This document shows, in pieces, positions 28,481 through 38,094 of a stretch of DNA of 51,601 nucleotides. Source of the stretch: Bacteroidales bacterium (GTDB lineage: Bacteria > Bacteroidota > Bacteroidia > Bacteroidales > VadinHA17); assembly GCA_003520925.1 (NCBI GenBank), contig DOTV01000196.1, positions 1-51,601 on the forward strand, given 5' to 3'. How positions within the stretch are numbered: the first letter of the stretch is position 1; each line of letters begins with the position of its first letter. Under the pieces are notes generated by a model, which saw only the letters and a program-made list of their open reading frames with translations, was not told the DNA's origin and did not search any database. Both the position numbers and the translations under genes were made by a program.

Positions 28481-29497
28481 TTGAGAAAAGGCTTCATACA
28501 GGCCGGAAAGTTCATTGCTTTTCTAGCTGTAGGGATCCTGCTGTTGTGGATTGCGTTCAGGACTGTTAATTTTAAGGCTCTTGTTTCCGATCTTAAAGGG
28601 GCAAATTACTACTGGCTGATCTTGTCAATACTATTCGGTCTGTTCGGCTATATGAGCCGTGCCCGGAGATGGATAATACTGATAAATCCATTGGGTTATA
28701 ACCCGAAATACTGGAACACTTTCCATTCAATGATGTCAGGCTATCTTGCCAATCTGGCTCTTCCCAGGATCGGAGAGATAACCAGGTGCGTTGCCCTGGG
28801 TAAAAAAGAGAAGATCCCCGTCGATCAGCTTATAGGGACTGTTGTAGTTGAGCGCACTATTGATTTCATTTCACTTCTGATTATCATGTTTGGCCTGTTT
28901 TTTACGAGCGGCTCCAGGATAAGGGAGTATCTGAATGCAAGCATTATCATACCATTCAGGGAAAAAGTGCTTTCGGTCTTCGGTGCTGCATGGATCCTTT
29001 GGACCATAGTTATCGGATTATCAGCCATTGCATTATACATGCTTTTACGCTATAAGAAGGAGCTGCGGAAGATAAAATTCGTTTCGAAAATATTCGACAT
29101 CGCCCACGGGGTGATAAATGGTCTCAAAACAATATCAAAGCTTAAAAGAAACTGGGAATTTATCTTTCATACAGTATTTATCTGGTTTAACTACGCGCTG
29201 ATGACATGGATTGTCGTCTTTTGCATCGAGAGCACATCCCAACTTTCGTTCACAAGTTCGATCTTTATTCTTGTGATTGGCGGCCTCGCAATGTCTGCCC
29301 CGGTCCAGGGAGGAATCGGTGCCTATCACTATTTTGTTTCAAGGGGAATAGCATTCCTGGCCGGTGTCAGCATTGAAGATGGTTCCGCATACGCAATACT
29401 TACTCACGAGTCACAACTTGTACTTGTACTTATACTTGGTGCAGTGGCATTTTTTATGTTGTCGCGGAAGAAACAAAATAATGGTAATAATGCCTAA
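28481..29497 (+). CDS. Lysylphosphatidylglycerol synthase TM-domain/flippase-like membrane protein (UPF0104)
   Basis: RARRW, GYLANLALPRIGEITR, VVERTID, PVQGGIGAYH; multiple TM helices. Confidence 0.85.
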   Translation: MRKGFIQAGKFIAFLAVGILLLWIAFRTVNFKALVSDLKGANYYWLILSILFGLFGYMSRARRWIILINPLGYNPKYWNTFHSMMSGYLANLALPRIGEITRCVALGKKEKIPVDQLIGTVVVERTIDFISLLIIMFGLFFTSGSRIREYLNASIIIPFREKVLSVFGAAWILWTIVIGLSAIALYMLLRYKKELRKIKFVSKIFDIAHGVINGLKTISKLKRNWEFIFHTVFIWFNYALMTWIVVFCIESTSQLSFTSSIFILVIGGLAMSAPVQGGIGAYHYFVSRGIAFLAGVSIEDGSAYAILTHESQLVLVLILGAVAFFMLSRKKQNNGNNA

Positions 29498-30851
29498 GTC
29501 CAAAACAGTTTTTGTTTGTCAGAATTGCGGAGTCGAATCTGCAAAATGGATTGGGAGATGCCCTTCGTGCAAGGAATGGAATACTTACCATGAAGAAATA
29601 ATCGCTCCTTCTTCGCCCCACGAAAGATCATATTCATCAGGACAGGAAAAGAGAAAACCCGAACTACTGGAGAGCATAAGCTCTGATGAACACCGTCGGC
29701 TGAAGACAGGCATCACAGAACTCGACAGGATACTTGGCGGAGGAATGGTACCAGGTTCCCTGATCCTGCTGGGAGGCGAGCCGGGTGTCGGCAAATCGAC
29801 TCTTGCCTTGCAGCTTGCCCTTGCCCTAAGCGGCAAAAGCGTACTTTATGTTTCAGGTGAGGAAAGTGAAGAACAGATAAGCCTCAGGGCCAAAAGGCTA
29901 AAAAAGTCAAACCCGGCGTGCTATATATATAGTGAAACTGATCTTGAAAATATTCTTGTTCAGGCTGAAAACATTAAGCCCGGTCTGATAATAATCGACT
30001 CCATTCAAACGATTCACACAGGTAACCTTGAGTCTTCTGCCGGATCCGTTTCACAGGTCAGGGAATGTGCGGCCCAGCTCCTGAAGTTTTCAAAAATAAC
30101 AGGAATACCGGTATTCCTTATCGGACATATTACAAAGGACGGAACTCTGGCCGGACCCAAGGTACTTGAGCACATTGTAGACATAGTCCTGTATTTTGAA
30201 GGCGACAATAATTACATATACCGTTTGCTCAGATCTGTAAAAAACAGGTTTGGTTCGACTTCAGAACTTGCAATATTTGAAATGGTTGAAAGCGGTCTGA
30301 GGGAGGTGGCAAATCCTTCTGCAATGTTTATCAACCAGCATGATGAACCCATCAGCGGAATTTCTATTGCCGCAACTGTCGACGGGCTCAGACCATTCCT
30401 GATCGAGACCCAGGCACTTGTAAGCAGTGCCGTTTACGGCACCCCTCAGAGAAGCTCAACAGGGTTCGATATAAGAAGGCTTAATATGCTGCTGGCAGTA
30501 CTTGAAAAAAGGGCAGGATTCAGGCTGGGTGTCAAAGATGTCTTTATGAACATAGCAGGGGGCATTAAAGTCGACGATCCAGCAATTGATCTGGCAATTA
30601 TTACATCTGTACTCTCCTCCAATCTTGATATTCCTGTCGGAAGGGATGTCTGCTGTTCCGGTGAGGTTGGACTGTCAGGCGAGATAAGACCGGTATCACG
30701 TATTGAACAGCGGATCAGGGAAGCTGCCAAAATGGGTTTCAGAAAAATTTACATATCGAAATTCCACAGGAACATTTCGGTTACCGGAGTTGACATTGAA
30801 GTTATTCCCGTTGGTAAAGTAGAAGCTCTTGTACGGTCGCTGTTCAGCTGA
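29490..30851 (+). CDS. radA: DNA repair protein RadA/Sms
   Basis: CQNCG...CPSC zinc finger, GGEPGVGKST, IDSIQT, KNRFG motif. Start at ATG 29490 (or 29481). Confidence 0.97.
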   Translation: MPKSKTVFVCQNCGVESAKWIGRCPSCKEWNTYHEEIIAPSSPHERSYSSGQEKRKPELLESISSDEHRRLKTGITELDRILGGGMVPGSLILLGGEPGVGKSTLALQLALALSGKSVLYVSGEESEEQISLRAKRLKKSNPACYIYSETDLENILVQAENIKPGLIIIDSIQTIHTGNLESSAGSVSQVRECAAQLLKFSKITGIPVFLIGHITKDGTLAGPKVLEHIVDIVLYFEGDNNYIYRLLRSVKNRFGSTSELAIFEMVESGLREVANPSAMFINQHDEPISGISIAATVDGLRPFLIETQALVSSAVYGTPQRSSTGFDIRRLNMLLAVLEKRAGFRLGVKDVFMNIAGGIKVDDPAIDLAIITSVLSSNLDIPVGRDVCCSGEVGLSGEIRPVSRIEQRIREAAKMGFRKIYISKFHRNISVTGVDIEVIPVGKVEALVRSLFS

Positions 30852-30856
30852 AGAAA

Positions 30857-30965
30857 CGAGGAGCGACTCACGACGAATGACTCACGACGAACGACTCACG
30901 ACGAACGACCTATAGAAGAATTGATTTCGGATTTCCGTACGTCGTGTGCCGTTTGTCATGGGTCA
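30857..30965. repeat. Inverted pair of heptamer tandem arrays at the radA/PBP1A convergence
   Basis: Plus strand: CGAGGAG CGACTCA CGACGAA TGACTCA CGACGAA CGACTCA CGACGAA CGACCTA. Minus strand: TGACCCA TGACAAA CGGCACA CGACGTA CGGAAAT. Confidence 0.85.
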
Positions 30966-30967
30966 TT

Positions 30968-33328
30968 CTAATATTTCTCCCTTATATATCCGCCTCTTCT
31001 GGTATTTTCTCTTTTTGCTTTATCGCAATCAGTCTCGATATTGAAATTCGAAGGACGTTCGAATTCATCTGATTCCATAATTCCGAACTGAGGATCATTA
31101 TATACTTTCCTCATGAAGAGTCCGAACACCGGAAGTGCCATCTGGGCTCCCTGACCTTCACTGAGTGTCTCGAAATGGATAGCCTGATCCTCCCACCCGC
31201 TCCATACACCACCCACAAGATTAGGTGTCACGCCCATAAACCATCCATTCGAATTATTCTGTGTCGTCCCGGTTTTACCTCCAATCTGGTTCAGGAGCAT
31301 ATATGGTTCCCTTCTTAACCTGTTTCCCGATCCGATAAGAACCACTCCCTGAAGCAGGTCAAGCATCAGATAAGCCTGCTCCTCACTCAATACCTCCTCA
31401 ATCTGCTGGGTGAACTTTGAAATCAGGTTACCATTCTTATCATCAATACGGGTAACATACATAGGTCTTGTGTAGACTCCCCTGTTGGCATAAGCCGCGT
31501 ACGCCCCTACCATTTCTTCAAGCTTTATATCTGACGTTCCAAGGAATATTGAAGGAACAGGGTCAATAAAGCTCCTTACCCCCATCCTCTTCATCAGTTC
31601 AGTAACTGCAGAAGGTCTGAACTGCTGCATGAGCCATGCTGAAATGTAGTTTTCGGATTGTGCCAGACCCCACTTTAGTGTTACCATTTTCCCATGATAT
31701 TCCTTAGGACCTGAACTTCTTGGTATCCACGGAACTGTATCGTTCGGAAGATCAAACGACCTTGGAATGTTCTCAACTTCTGTGCAGGGAGTATAGCCGT
31801 TCTGCATTGCAACCGTGTAAAGGAATGGTTTGATTGTGCTTCCGACCTGTTTTCTCTGCTGTGTAACAGCATCCCACTTGAAGTATCTGAAATCGGGACC
31901 TCCCACGTAAGCTTTTACATGACCCAGGTGAGGATCTTCAACAAGAAAAGCTGAACGCACAAAATACTTGTAATATCTTACTGAATCAAAGGGCGTCATG
32001 ATTGTGTCAATCTCCCTGTTCTCTCCCTTCCAGGAGAAGACTTTCATGGGAACTTTTGTGTTGAAGGCAAGCATAATGGAATCCATTGAAACCCCCCTTG
32101 CTTTCATCATTATGTATCTTTCGCTGTCCTTTACTGATCGCAATATCAAATCATCAACCTCCTTTTTGGTAAGGTCATTTGAATAGGGTGGATTCCTGAA
32201 TCCTTTCGCACGTTTATAAAAATCGGGCTGAACCTCTTTTGAAAGATGTTCTGCGAGAGCTTCCTCAGCATATTGCTGCATTCTGGAATTTATGGTTGTA
32301 TATATTTTCAGCCCGTCCTTATATACATCATAATTGGACCCGTCAGGCTTTTTATTCTTGTTACACCATCCGTAAAGAGGATTATTATCCCATTCCCACC
32401 GGGCATCCTCATACGATGATTCTCTTTCATATCTGTCCCTGACTGGTTCCGGTTTTCTCATAGTGTTCCTCAGATATTCCCTCAGATACGTGGCACGCCC
32501 TGTATTATGGTCCTCCAGTCTGAAATCAAGGGTAATTGGAAGCTGTCTGACTGAATCTGCGACATCAGGATGGATGTATCCATACTTAGCCATTTGTGAT
32601 AGTACTGTATTTCTCCTCTGAAGCATTCGCTCAGGATATTTTCTGGGATTATAGGCACTTGAATTCTTTAACATCCCAACCAGGACAGCAGCCTGTTCAA
32701 TTTTAAGCGAATCGGGAGTGGTATTGAAATATACCCTCGCAGCTGACCTTATTCCAATTGCCTGATAGAGGAAATCATATTTATTAAGGTACATCGCTAT
32801 GATCTCCTCTTTTGTATAGCTCTTTTCAAGCTTTACGGCTGTCTGCCATTCCTTGAATTTTGAGACGCCAAGCCTCAATTTTCTTGTAAAAGCAGAAACA
32901 TGGGCTGTATCTCTCGGATATAGTTGTTTTGCAAGCTGTTGTGTAATCGTACTTCCCCCTCCTGTCTTTTGTCCGAGAACTATCGTGCGCACAATCGCCC
33001 TGCCCAGTCCCCGGATATCGATTCCGGAGTGTCTGTAATATCTGATATCCTCTGTTGCAATTAGAGCATTGACAAGGTAGGAAGAGAGATCATCGTAATC
33101 GGTCCAGGTTCTGTTCTCAATGCTAATCTTTCCAAGCAGCACTCCATCTTCGGAATAGACTTCAGCAGCAAGGTTGTATTCGGGATTTTCAAGTTCCCTG
33201 AAAGATGGCATTGGTCCAAGTTTCCCGTTTGATATCAGGATGAAAATAATCAGAACTGTTATAAACGGGATGATGAACAGTGTCCAGAACCAGATAATGT
33301 ATTTCCTGTTTGATGAATCGCCTTTCAT
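30968..33328 (-). CDS. mrcA: Class A penicillin-binding protein (PBP1A-type transglycosylase/transpeptidase)
   Basis: N-terminal TM, ATEDIRYYRHSG, GGGSTITQQLAK, STIK (SxxK), SEN (SxN), KTGT. Confidence 0.93.
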   Translation of the reverse strand: MKGDSSNRKYIIWFWTLFIIPFITVLIIFILISNGKLGPMPSFRELENPEYNLAAEVYSEDGVLLGKISIENRTWTDYDDLSSYLVNALIATEDIRYYRHSGIDIRGLGRAIVRTIVLGQKTGGGSTITQQLAKQLYPRDTAHVSAFTRKLRLGVSKFKEWQTAVKLEKSYTKEEIIAMYLNKYDFLYQAIGIRSAARVYFNTTPDSLKIEQAAVLVGMLKNSSAYNPRKYPERMLQRRNTVLSQMAKYGYIHPDVADSVRQLPITLDFRLEDHNTGRATYLREYLRNTMRKPEPVRDRYERESSYEDARWEWDNNPLYGWCNKNKKPDGSNYDVYKDGLKIYTTINSRMQQYAEEALAEHLSKEVQPDFYKRAKGFRNPPYSNDLTKKEVDDLILRSVKDSERYIMMKARGVSMDSIMLAFNTKVPMKVFSWKGENREIDTIMTPFDSVRYYKYFVRSAFLVEDPHLGHVKAYVGGPDFRYFKWDAVTQQRKQVGSTIKPFLYTVAMQNGYTPCTEVENIPRSFDLPNDTVPWIPRSSGPKEYHGKMVTLKWGLAQSENYISAWLMQQFRPSAVTELMKRMGVRSFIDPVPSIFLGTSDIKLEEMVGAYAAYANRGVYTRPMYVTRIDDKNGNLISKFTQQIEEVLSEEQAYLMLDLLQGVVLIGSGNRLRREPYMLLNQIGGKTGTTQNNSNGWFMGVTPNLVGGVWSGWEDQAIHFETLSEGQGAQMALPVFGLFMRKVYNDPQFGIMESDEFERPSNFNIETDCDKAKRENTRRGGYIREKY

Positions 33329-33347
33329 TACCTACGGGAGTTTGGCT

Positions 33348-33355
33348 CAAAAATA
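33348..33355 (-). promoter_or_regulatory. -7 box (TATTTTTG) for PBP1A
   Basis: Exact TAnnTTTG match 19 nt before ATG 33328. Confidence 0.6.
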
Positions 33356-33384
33356 GTAATTAATAAAGAATCTTGGCCGTTTAT

Positions 33385-33416
33385 TTTGAAGTTTGGAACC
33401 TAAATGACTTACTTTG
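33385..33416 (+). promoter_or_regulatory. -33/-7 promoter (TTTG-N20-TTACTTTG) for topA
   Basis: Canonical spacing and near-consensus -7 box; supports a start at ATG 33449. Confidence 0.55.
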
Positions 33417-33448
33417 CCGTGTTTTTAAAAGAGCTAAATCCTTCTTAT

Positions 33449-35755
33449 ATGATCGAAAATCTTGTAATTGTTGAGTCACCTGCAAAAGCTAAAACCATTG
33501 AGAAGTACCTTGGAAAAGATTTCAGTGTAGTATCAAGTTTCGGGCACATCCGAGATCTGAAGAAGAAAAACCTTGGCATCGATATTAAGAACGATTTCTC
33601 TCCTGAATACGAAATTCCTAAAGAAAAGGCAAAAGTTGTAGGAGAGCTCAGAAAAGCTGCTTCTGAATCTAAAAATATCTGGATAGCTTCTGATGAGGAC
33701 CGTGAAGGTGAGGCTATAGCATGGCATCTTGCAAGTGTTCTGAATCTCGATCTGGAAACAACAAAAAGAATTGTGTTTCATGAAATCACCAAAGATGCGA
33801 TTTCTGATGCCATCAGGTCACCCCGGAGGGTCGATATGAATCTTGTCAATTCACAGCAGGCGAGGCGTATTCTTGACAGGATTGTCGGGTTTGAAATATC
33901 TCCGGTGCTTTGGAAAAAGGTGCAGCCTGCACTCTCCGCCGGAAGGGTTCAGTCGGTTGCAGTCAGGCTGATTGTTGAACGCGAAAGGGAGATCATCGCT
34001 TTCAAGACTGAATCGTCATTCCGCGTAACCGGCATTTTTAAAGCTGACCTTTCTGATGCAGGAAATAATATTATCAAAGCTGAGGCAGGCAAACGATTTC
34101 CGGATGAAAAAGAAGCTCAGAAGTTCCTTGAGATCTGCAATGTATCACAATTCTGCATATCCGGTGTTACTGTAAAACCCGGTACCAGATCGCCTGCTCC
34201 GCCGTTCACAACCTCAACCCTCCAGCAGGAAGCATACCGGAAGCTTGGCTTCTCGGTGTCACAAACAATGGCTGTTGCACAGAAGCTCTATGAATCGGGT
34301 AAAATAACCTATATGAGAACTGACTCTACCAACCTTTCGAAGCTCGCACTGGCAAAATCGAGAGAAGTAATTATTTCAGAGTATGGTGAGAAGTATTCAA
34401 AAACACGTCAGTTCAAAACAAAATCAAAGGGAGCTCAGGAGGCGCACGAAGCTATCAGACCAACTTATCCCGACACAATAACAATAACCGGCAACCAGAA
34501 TGAGAAAAAGCTTTATGAGCTGATCTGGAAAAGAACTATCGCTTCACAGATGGCCGATGCCGAAGTCGAAAGAACAACTATCTCGATAGTGATGAATAAT
34601 TCCCCTGTTGTTTTCACCGCATCAGGAGAAGTAATAAAATTCGACGGGTTCCTGCGAGTCTACACTGAATCAACCGACACTGAGAACGGCGACGATGAAA
34701 AATCCATAATTCCTCCAGTAAAAAAAGGAATGCCTCTTTATTACGACACTATATCCGCCACACAAAAATTCACATCACCCCTTCCGAGGTATACCGAGGC
34801 GAGCCTTGTAAAGAAACTTGAAGAGCTCGGAATCGGTAGACCATCGACATACGCTCCCACAATTTCTACAATACAGAACAGGGGGTACGTCTTAAGGGAA
34901 GACAGACCGGGAGAAAAACGGCAGCTGAAGATAATAACTCTTTCAAAAGGTAAGTATTCGATTACATCAAAGACTGAAGCTGCCGGGAAAGAAAAATCCA
35001 AATTGTTCCCGCAGGACATAGGTATGATAGTTAATGATTTCCTTATTGAAAACTTTTCGGAAATTGTCGATTATAATTTCACTGCGGATGTCGAAGAGCA
35101 GTTTGATAAGATTGCAGAAGGTAAACTGAAATGGACTGGAATGATTGGCAAATTCTATTCCACCTTTCATAAGACAGTTGAAGATTCGCTGGAGAAGACA
35201 GCCAGGAAAACAAGTACCAGGGTACTCGGAATTCACCCTGAGACCGGGGAACAGGTTTCTGTCCGGATGGGACGATTCGGGCCCGTTGCCCAGATAGAAG
35301 ATAAAGCAAACGGCGGAAAGCCGCGTTTCGCAAGTCTTACAAAAAATCAGCTTCTCGAAACAATAACCCTCCCTGAGGCACTTAACCTCTTCCGCCTTCC
35401 CAGATCACTCGGTATGCTCGATGGCGATGAAATGGTAGTAGGTATAGGGAAATTCGGACCTTATGTAAGATACAGAAGTAAGTTCTATTCCCTTAAGAAA
35501 GGAGTTGATGACCCCTACTCAGTAACTATTGAAAGAGTCTCTGAAATAATCAGGGAAAAAGGTGAAAGTGATAAGAAAAAGGTGATAAGGGATTTCGGTG
35601 ATATCCGGCTGCTTAACGGTAGATACGGACCTTATCTTGCACAGGATAAGAAAAACTACAGGCTTCCGAAAGGCACCGATGTCGAAAAGCTTACAAAGGA
35701 AGATTGTATTGCGATTATTGAGAAAAGTGAAAAAACCAAGAAAAGTTCTGAATAA
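33449..35755 (+). CDS. topA: DNA topoisomerase I (type IA, C-terminal Topo repeats, no zinc ribbons)
   Basis: NLVIVESPAKAK, DEDREGEAIAWH, SAGRVQS, ITYMRTDS (catalytic Tyr), GIGRPSTYA, G(R/K)(F/Y)GP repeats. Confidence 0.97.
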   Translation: MIENLVIVESPAKAKTIEKYLGKDFSVVSSFGHIRDLKKKNLGIDIKNDFSPEYEIPKEKAKVVGELRKAASESKNIWIASDEDREGEAIAWHLASVLNLDLETTKRIVFHEITKDAISDAIRSPRRVDMNLVNSQQARRILDRIVGFEISPVLWKKVQPALSAGRVQSVAVRLIVEREREIIAFKTESSFRVTGIFKADLSDAGNNIIKAEAGKRFPDEKEAQKFLEICNVSQFCISGVTVKPGTRSPAPPFTTSTLQQEAYRKLGFSVSQTMAVAQKLYESGKITYMRTDSTNLSKLALAKSREVIISEYGEKYSKTRQFKTKSKGAQEAHEAIRPTYPDTITITGNQNEKKLYELIWKRTIASQMADAEVERTTISIVMNNSPVVFTASGEVIKFDGFLRVYTESTDTENGDDEKSIIPPVKKGMPLYYDTISATQKFTSPLPRYTEASLVKKLEELGIGRPSTYAPTISTIQNRGYVLREDRPGEKRQLKIITLSKGKYSITSKTEAAGKEKSKLFPQDIGMIVNDFLIENFSEIVDYNFTADVEEQFDKIAEGKLKWTGMIGKFYSTFHKTVEDSLEKTARKTSTRVLGIHPETGEQVSVRMGRFGPVAQIEDKANGGKPRFASLTKNQLLETITLPEALNLFRLPRSLGMLDGDEMVVGIGKFGPYVRYRSKFYSLKKGVDDPYSVTIERVSEIIREKGESDKKKVIRDFGDIRLLNGRYGPYLAQDKKNYRLPKGTDVEKLTKEDCIAIIEKSEKTKKSSE

Positions 35756-35758
35756 ACC

Positions 35759-36928
35759 ATGCTGGACCTAAATGATTATTTCAATCCGGTAAGTATTGAT
35801 AAGCAGGGTTTTGAAAACCTGACCGGGAATGCCGGGTTTCCTCATAACGTATTTATTAATACTGAAAATAATCAGGTAAAGGATATCAGGGAATTTAAGG
35901 TTGCCATCCTTGGGGTACCTGATGGAAGAAACTCTGCTGGACAGGGGTCTTCTGATGCTCCCGATGCAATCCGACAACAGCTTTACAGGCTGGCAAGGAT
36001 ACCCGGTAAAACAAAGATCATCGATCTGGGAAACATGAAACAGGGAGTGACTTTCAGCGATACCCTGGCAGGTCTGACAGATATACTCTTCAATCTTCTT
36101 AAAAAATCCATCCTTCCGGTGATAATTGGCGGAAGCAGTGCTCTTGTAACTGCAATTGACCGTTCATTCACACTGTTAAAAACAAGATATACTCTCGTTT
36201 CGGTCGATCCGAGAGTTGATTACACCAATAACCCTGATTCACCTGATTCATTTAGTTACCTCAACAAGATAACCGGGAACCATAAGAGTACTTTCAGCCA
36301 TTATATTAATATAGGGTATCAGACTTACTTAAACGATCAGCAAGTATTAAACCGTTTTGTCAGGCGTCATTCTGAACTTCTGAGAATAGGTGATGTCAGG
36401 CAGGCAGTATATCTTACGGAGCCGCTCTTCAGGGACTCGGATGCAGCTATTTTTGATATCTCAGCAGTAAGGCAGTCAGATGCTCCCGGGACGGAAGTGC
36501 CTTCACCAAATGGATTCTACGGCGAGGAGATATGTCTTCTTTCGAGGTATGCAGGGATTTCAGACAACCTGAAGGTTTTCGGTCTTTTTGACGTAAATCC
36601 CCGGCTTGATATACGCAATCAGACAACAGGTCTTGCTGCCCAGATAATCTGGTTCTTTCTTGAAGGTTTTTCACAGAAACAGTATGAGACCCCGGTTTTG
36701 AGCAACAGCAATGCAGGACGTTTTATTAAATATCATGTAAGAGTTACTGACCTTGAGGATGATCTCATCTTCGTTAAAAGCAACCTTACTGAACGATGGT
36801 GGATCGAGCTTACCGATGAGAATAATGCAAATATTTATGTTGCATGTTCTCACGACGATTACCTTAAGGCAAACCGGAATGAAGTACCCGACAAATGGGT
36901 AAAAGCTTCAAACAGATTAAAGTCCTGA
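35759..36928 (+). CDS. Arginase/formimidoylglutamase-fold protein with degenerate metal site
   Basis: AILGVPD.R, IRQQLY.L, IIDLGN, PVIIGGS, SPNGFYGEEIC, AAQIIWFFLEG; canonical metal ligands are substituted. Confidence 0.82.
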   Translation: MLDLNDYFNPVSIDKQGFENLTGNAGFPHNVFINTENNQVKDIREFKVAILGVPDGRNSAGQGSSDAPDAIRQQLYRLARIPGKTKIIDLGNMKQGVTFSDTLAGLTDILFNLLKKSILPVIIGGSSALVTAIDRSFTLLKTRYTLVSVDPRVDYTNNPDSPDSFSYLNKITGNHKSTFSHYINIGYQTYLNDQQVLNRFVRRHSELLRIGDVRQAVYLTEPLFRDSDAAIFDISAVRQSDAPGTEVPSPNGFYGEEICLLSRYAGISDNLKVFGLFDVNPRLDIRNQTTGLAAQIIWFFLEGFSQKQYETPVLSNSNAGRFIKYHVRVTDLEDDLIFVKSNLTERWWIELTDENNANIYVACSHDDYLKANRNEVPDKWVKASNRLKS

Positions 36929-37106
36929 CCCTTCAAATATTTTATATTCTTTCCCGTTTAATTGAATGTTTGGAATATTCTTTGTGGATAATTGAACAGG
37001 AATGTTTAAAAGTTTTAACTAACTGATTGTCGGTTTGTATACTTTTAATTTTTTTACTTTACTTTATAAGTTCGATAAATGGGCTTATTCCTAAATATTT
37101 AAAGAA

Positions 37107-38051
37107 GTGAAAAAAATTTATACTGCATATTTTTTTATGCTCCTGTCGGTTAACTTCTGCTTCTCCCAGCAGGATCCAATCACAAGCAATTATATGTTCA
37201 ATACTCTGACATTTAATCCCGGATATGCGGGTACGTCGGGAATGATATGTGCCACTGCATTAAACAGGCAACAGTGGGTCGGTTTCAAGGGATCCCCATC
37301 GACAACGATATTTAATATCAGTGCACCGGTTACTCCTTTTAAAATAAACAGCGGTGTAGGCCTGATGGTCGCAAATGACAATGTTGGTTTCGACAAGGAT
37401 ATAAACCTTAATCTTATCTACTCATTTATCGCCGATTTAGGACAGGGAAAGCTGGGTATTGGAGTCAGTGCCGGAATGTATAACATGACGCTTGACCCTG
37501 AATGGGTAATACCAAATGGCGATATCTTCACCCCTCCCTCCGGTGATCCTCTGATACCTGAAAGCAAAGAGAGCGCGGTAACCTTCGATGCCGGTTTTGG
37601 TTTATATTACACAACCGATAAATATTATGCCGGCCTTTCGGTGACTCATATCAATCAGCCGAAAATAAAATTCACTAAAGGTGTCACCTACTTAAGCCGT
37701 CATTATTACATAACTGCAGGGTATATCCTTCAGCTCCCAAACCCATCGCTTGAGTTGCTGCCTTCCCTATACGCGCTTAGCGACGGCAAGGCAATACAAT
37801 TTTCTGCAACTTCTTTATTAAGATACAATAAAAAGGCATGGGGGGGCGTTTCTTACAGACCCGGTGATGCACTTGTAGGGATTGTTGGGATAGAATTGTT
37901 CAACGGTATCAGGGTCGGATACGCTTATGATTTCCCGATCTCAGATATCAGAAAGAGTACAAGCGGGTCGCACGAATTCATGGTAAATTATTGTTTCAGT
38001 CTCAGTATGGGCAAGAGTCCGATGAGATACAAAAGCATACGGTTTTTATGA
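37107..38051 (+). CDS. porP: PorP/SprF family T9SS outer-membrane beta-barrel
   Basis: Signal peptide then QQDP...YMFN....NPGYAG, NRQQWVGF.GSP, GYAYD......SGSHE; first gene of the gldKLMN operon. Confidence 0.9.
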   Translation: MKKIYTAYFFMLLSVNFCFSQQDPITSNYMFNTLTFNPGYAGTSGMICATALNRQQWVGFKGSPSTTIFNISAPVTPFKINSGVGLMVANDNVGFDKDINLNLIYSFIADLGQGKLGIGVSAGMYNMTLDPEWVIPNGDIFTPPSGDPLIPESKESAVTFDAGFGLYYTTDKYYAGLSVTHINQPKIKFTKGVTYLSRHYYITAGYILQLPNPSLELLPSLYALSDGKAIQFSATSLLRYNKKAWGGVSYRPGDALVGIVGIELFNGIRVGYAYDFPISDIRKSTSGSHEFMVNYCFSLSMGKSPMRYKSIRFL

Positions 38052-38094
38052 TTTTTAAAAATAAAATTACTTGCAATACAAAATTCTAAAGAAT

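Noticed and set aside
30857..30912. Tandem repeat as a CRISPR array
   Set aside because: Units are 7/14 bp and contiguous with no unique spacers; no cas genes in the window.
33373..33388. TTGGCCGT-TTATT-TTG as a sigma-54 promoter for topA
   Set aside because: Spacing is one base too long; its TTTG fits better as the -33 element of the primary-sigma promoter.
36929..37106. Replication origin
   Set aside because: Only one perfect DnaA box in a 178-nt gap, no dnaA/dnaN/mnmG nearby, and GC skew could not be computed.
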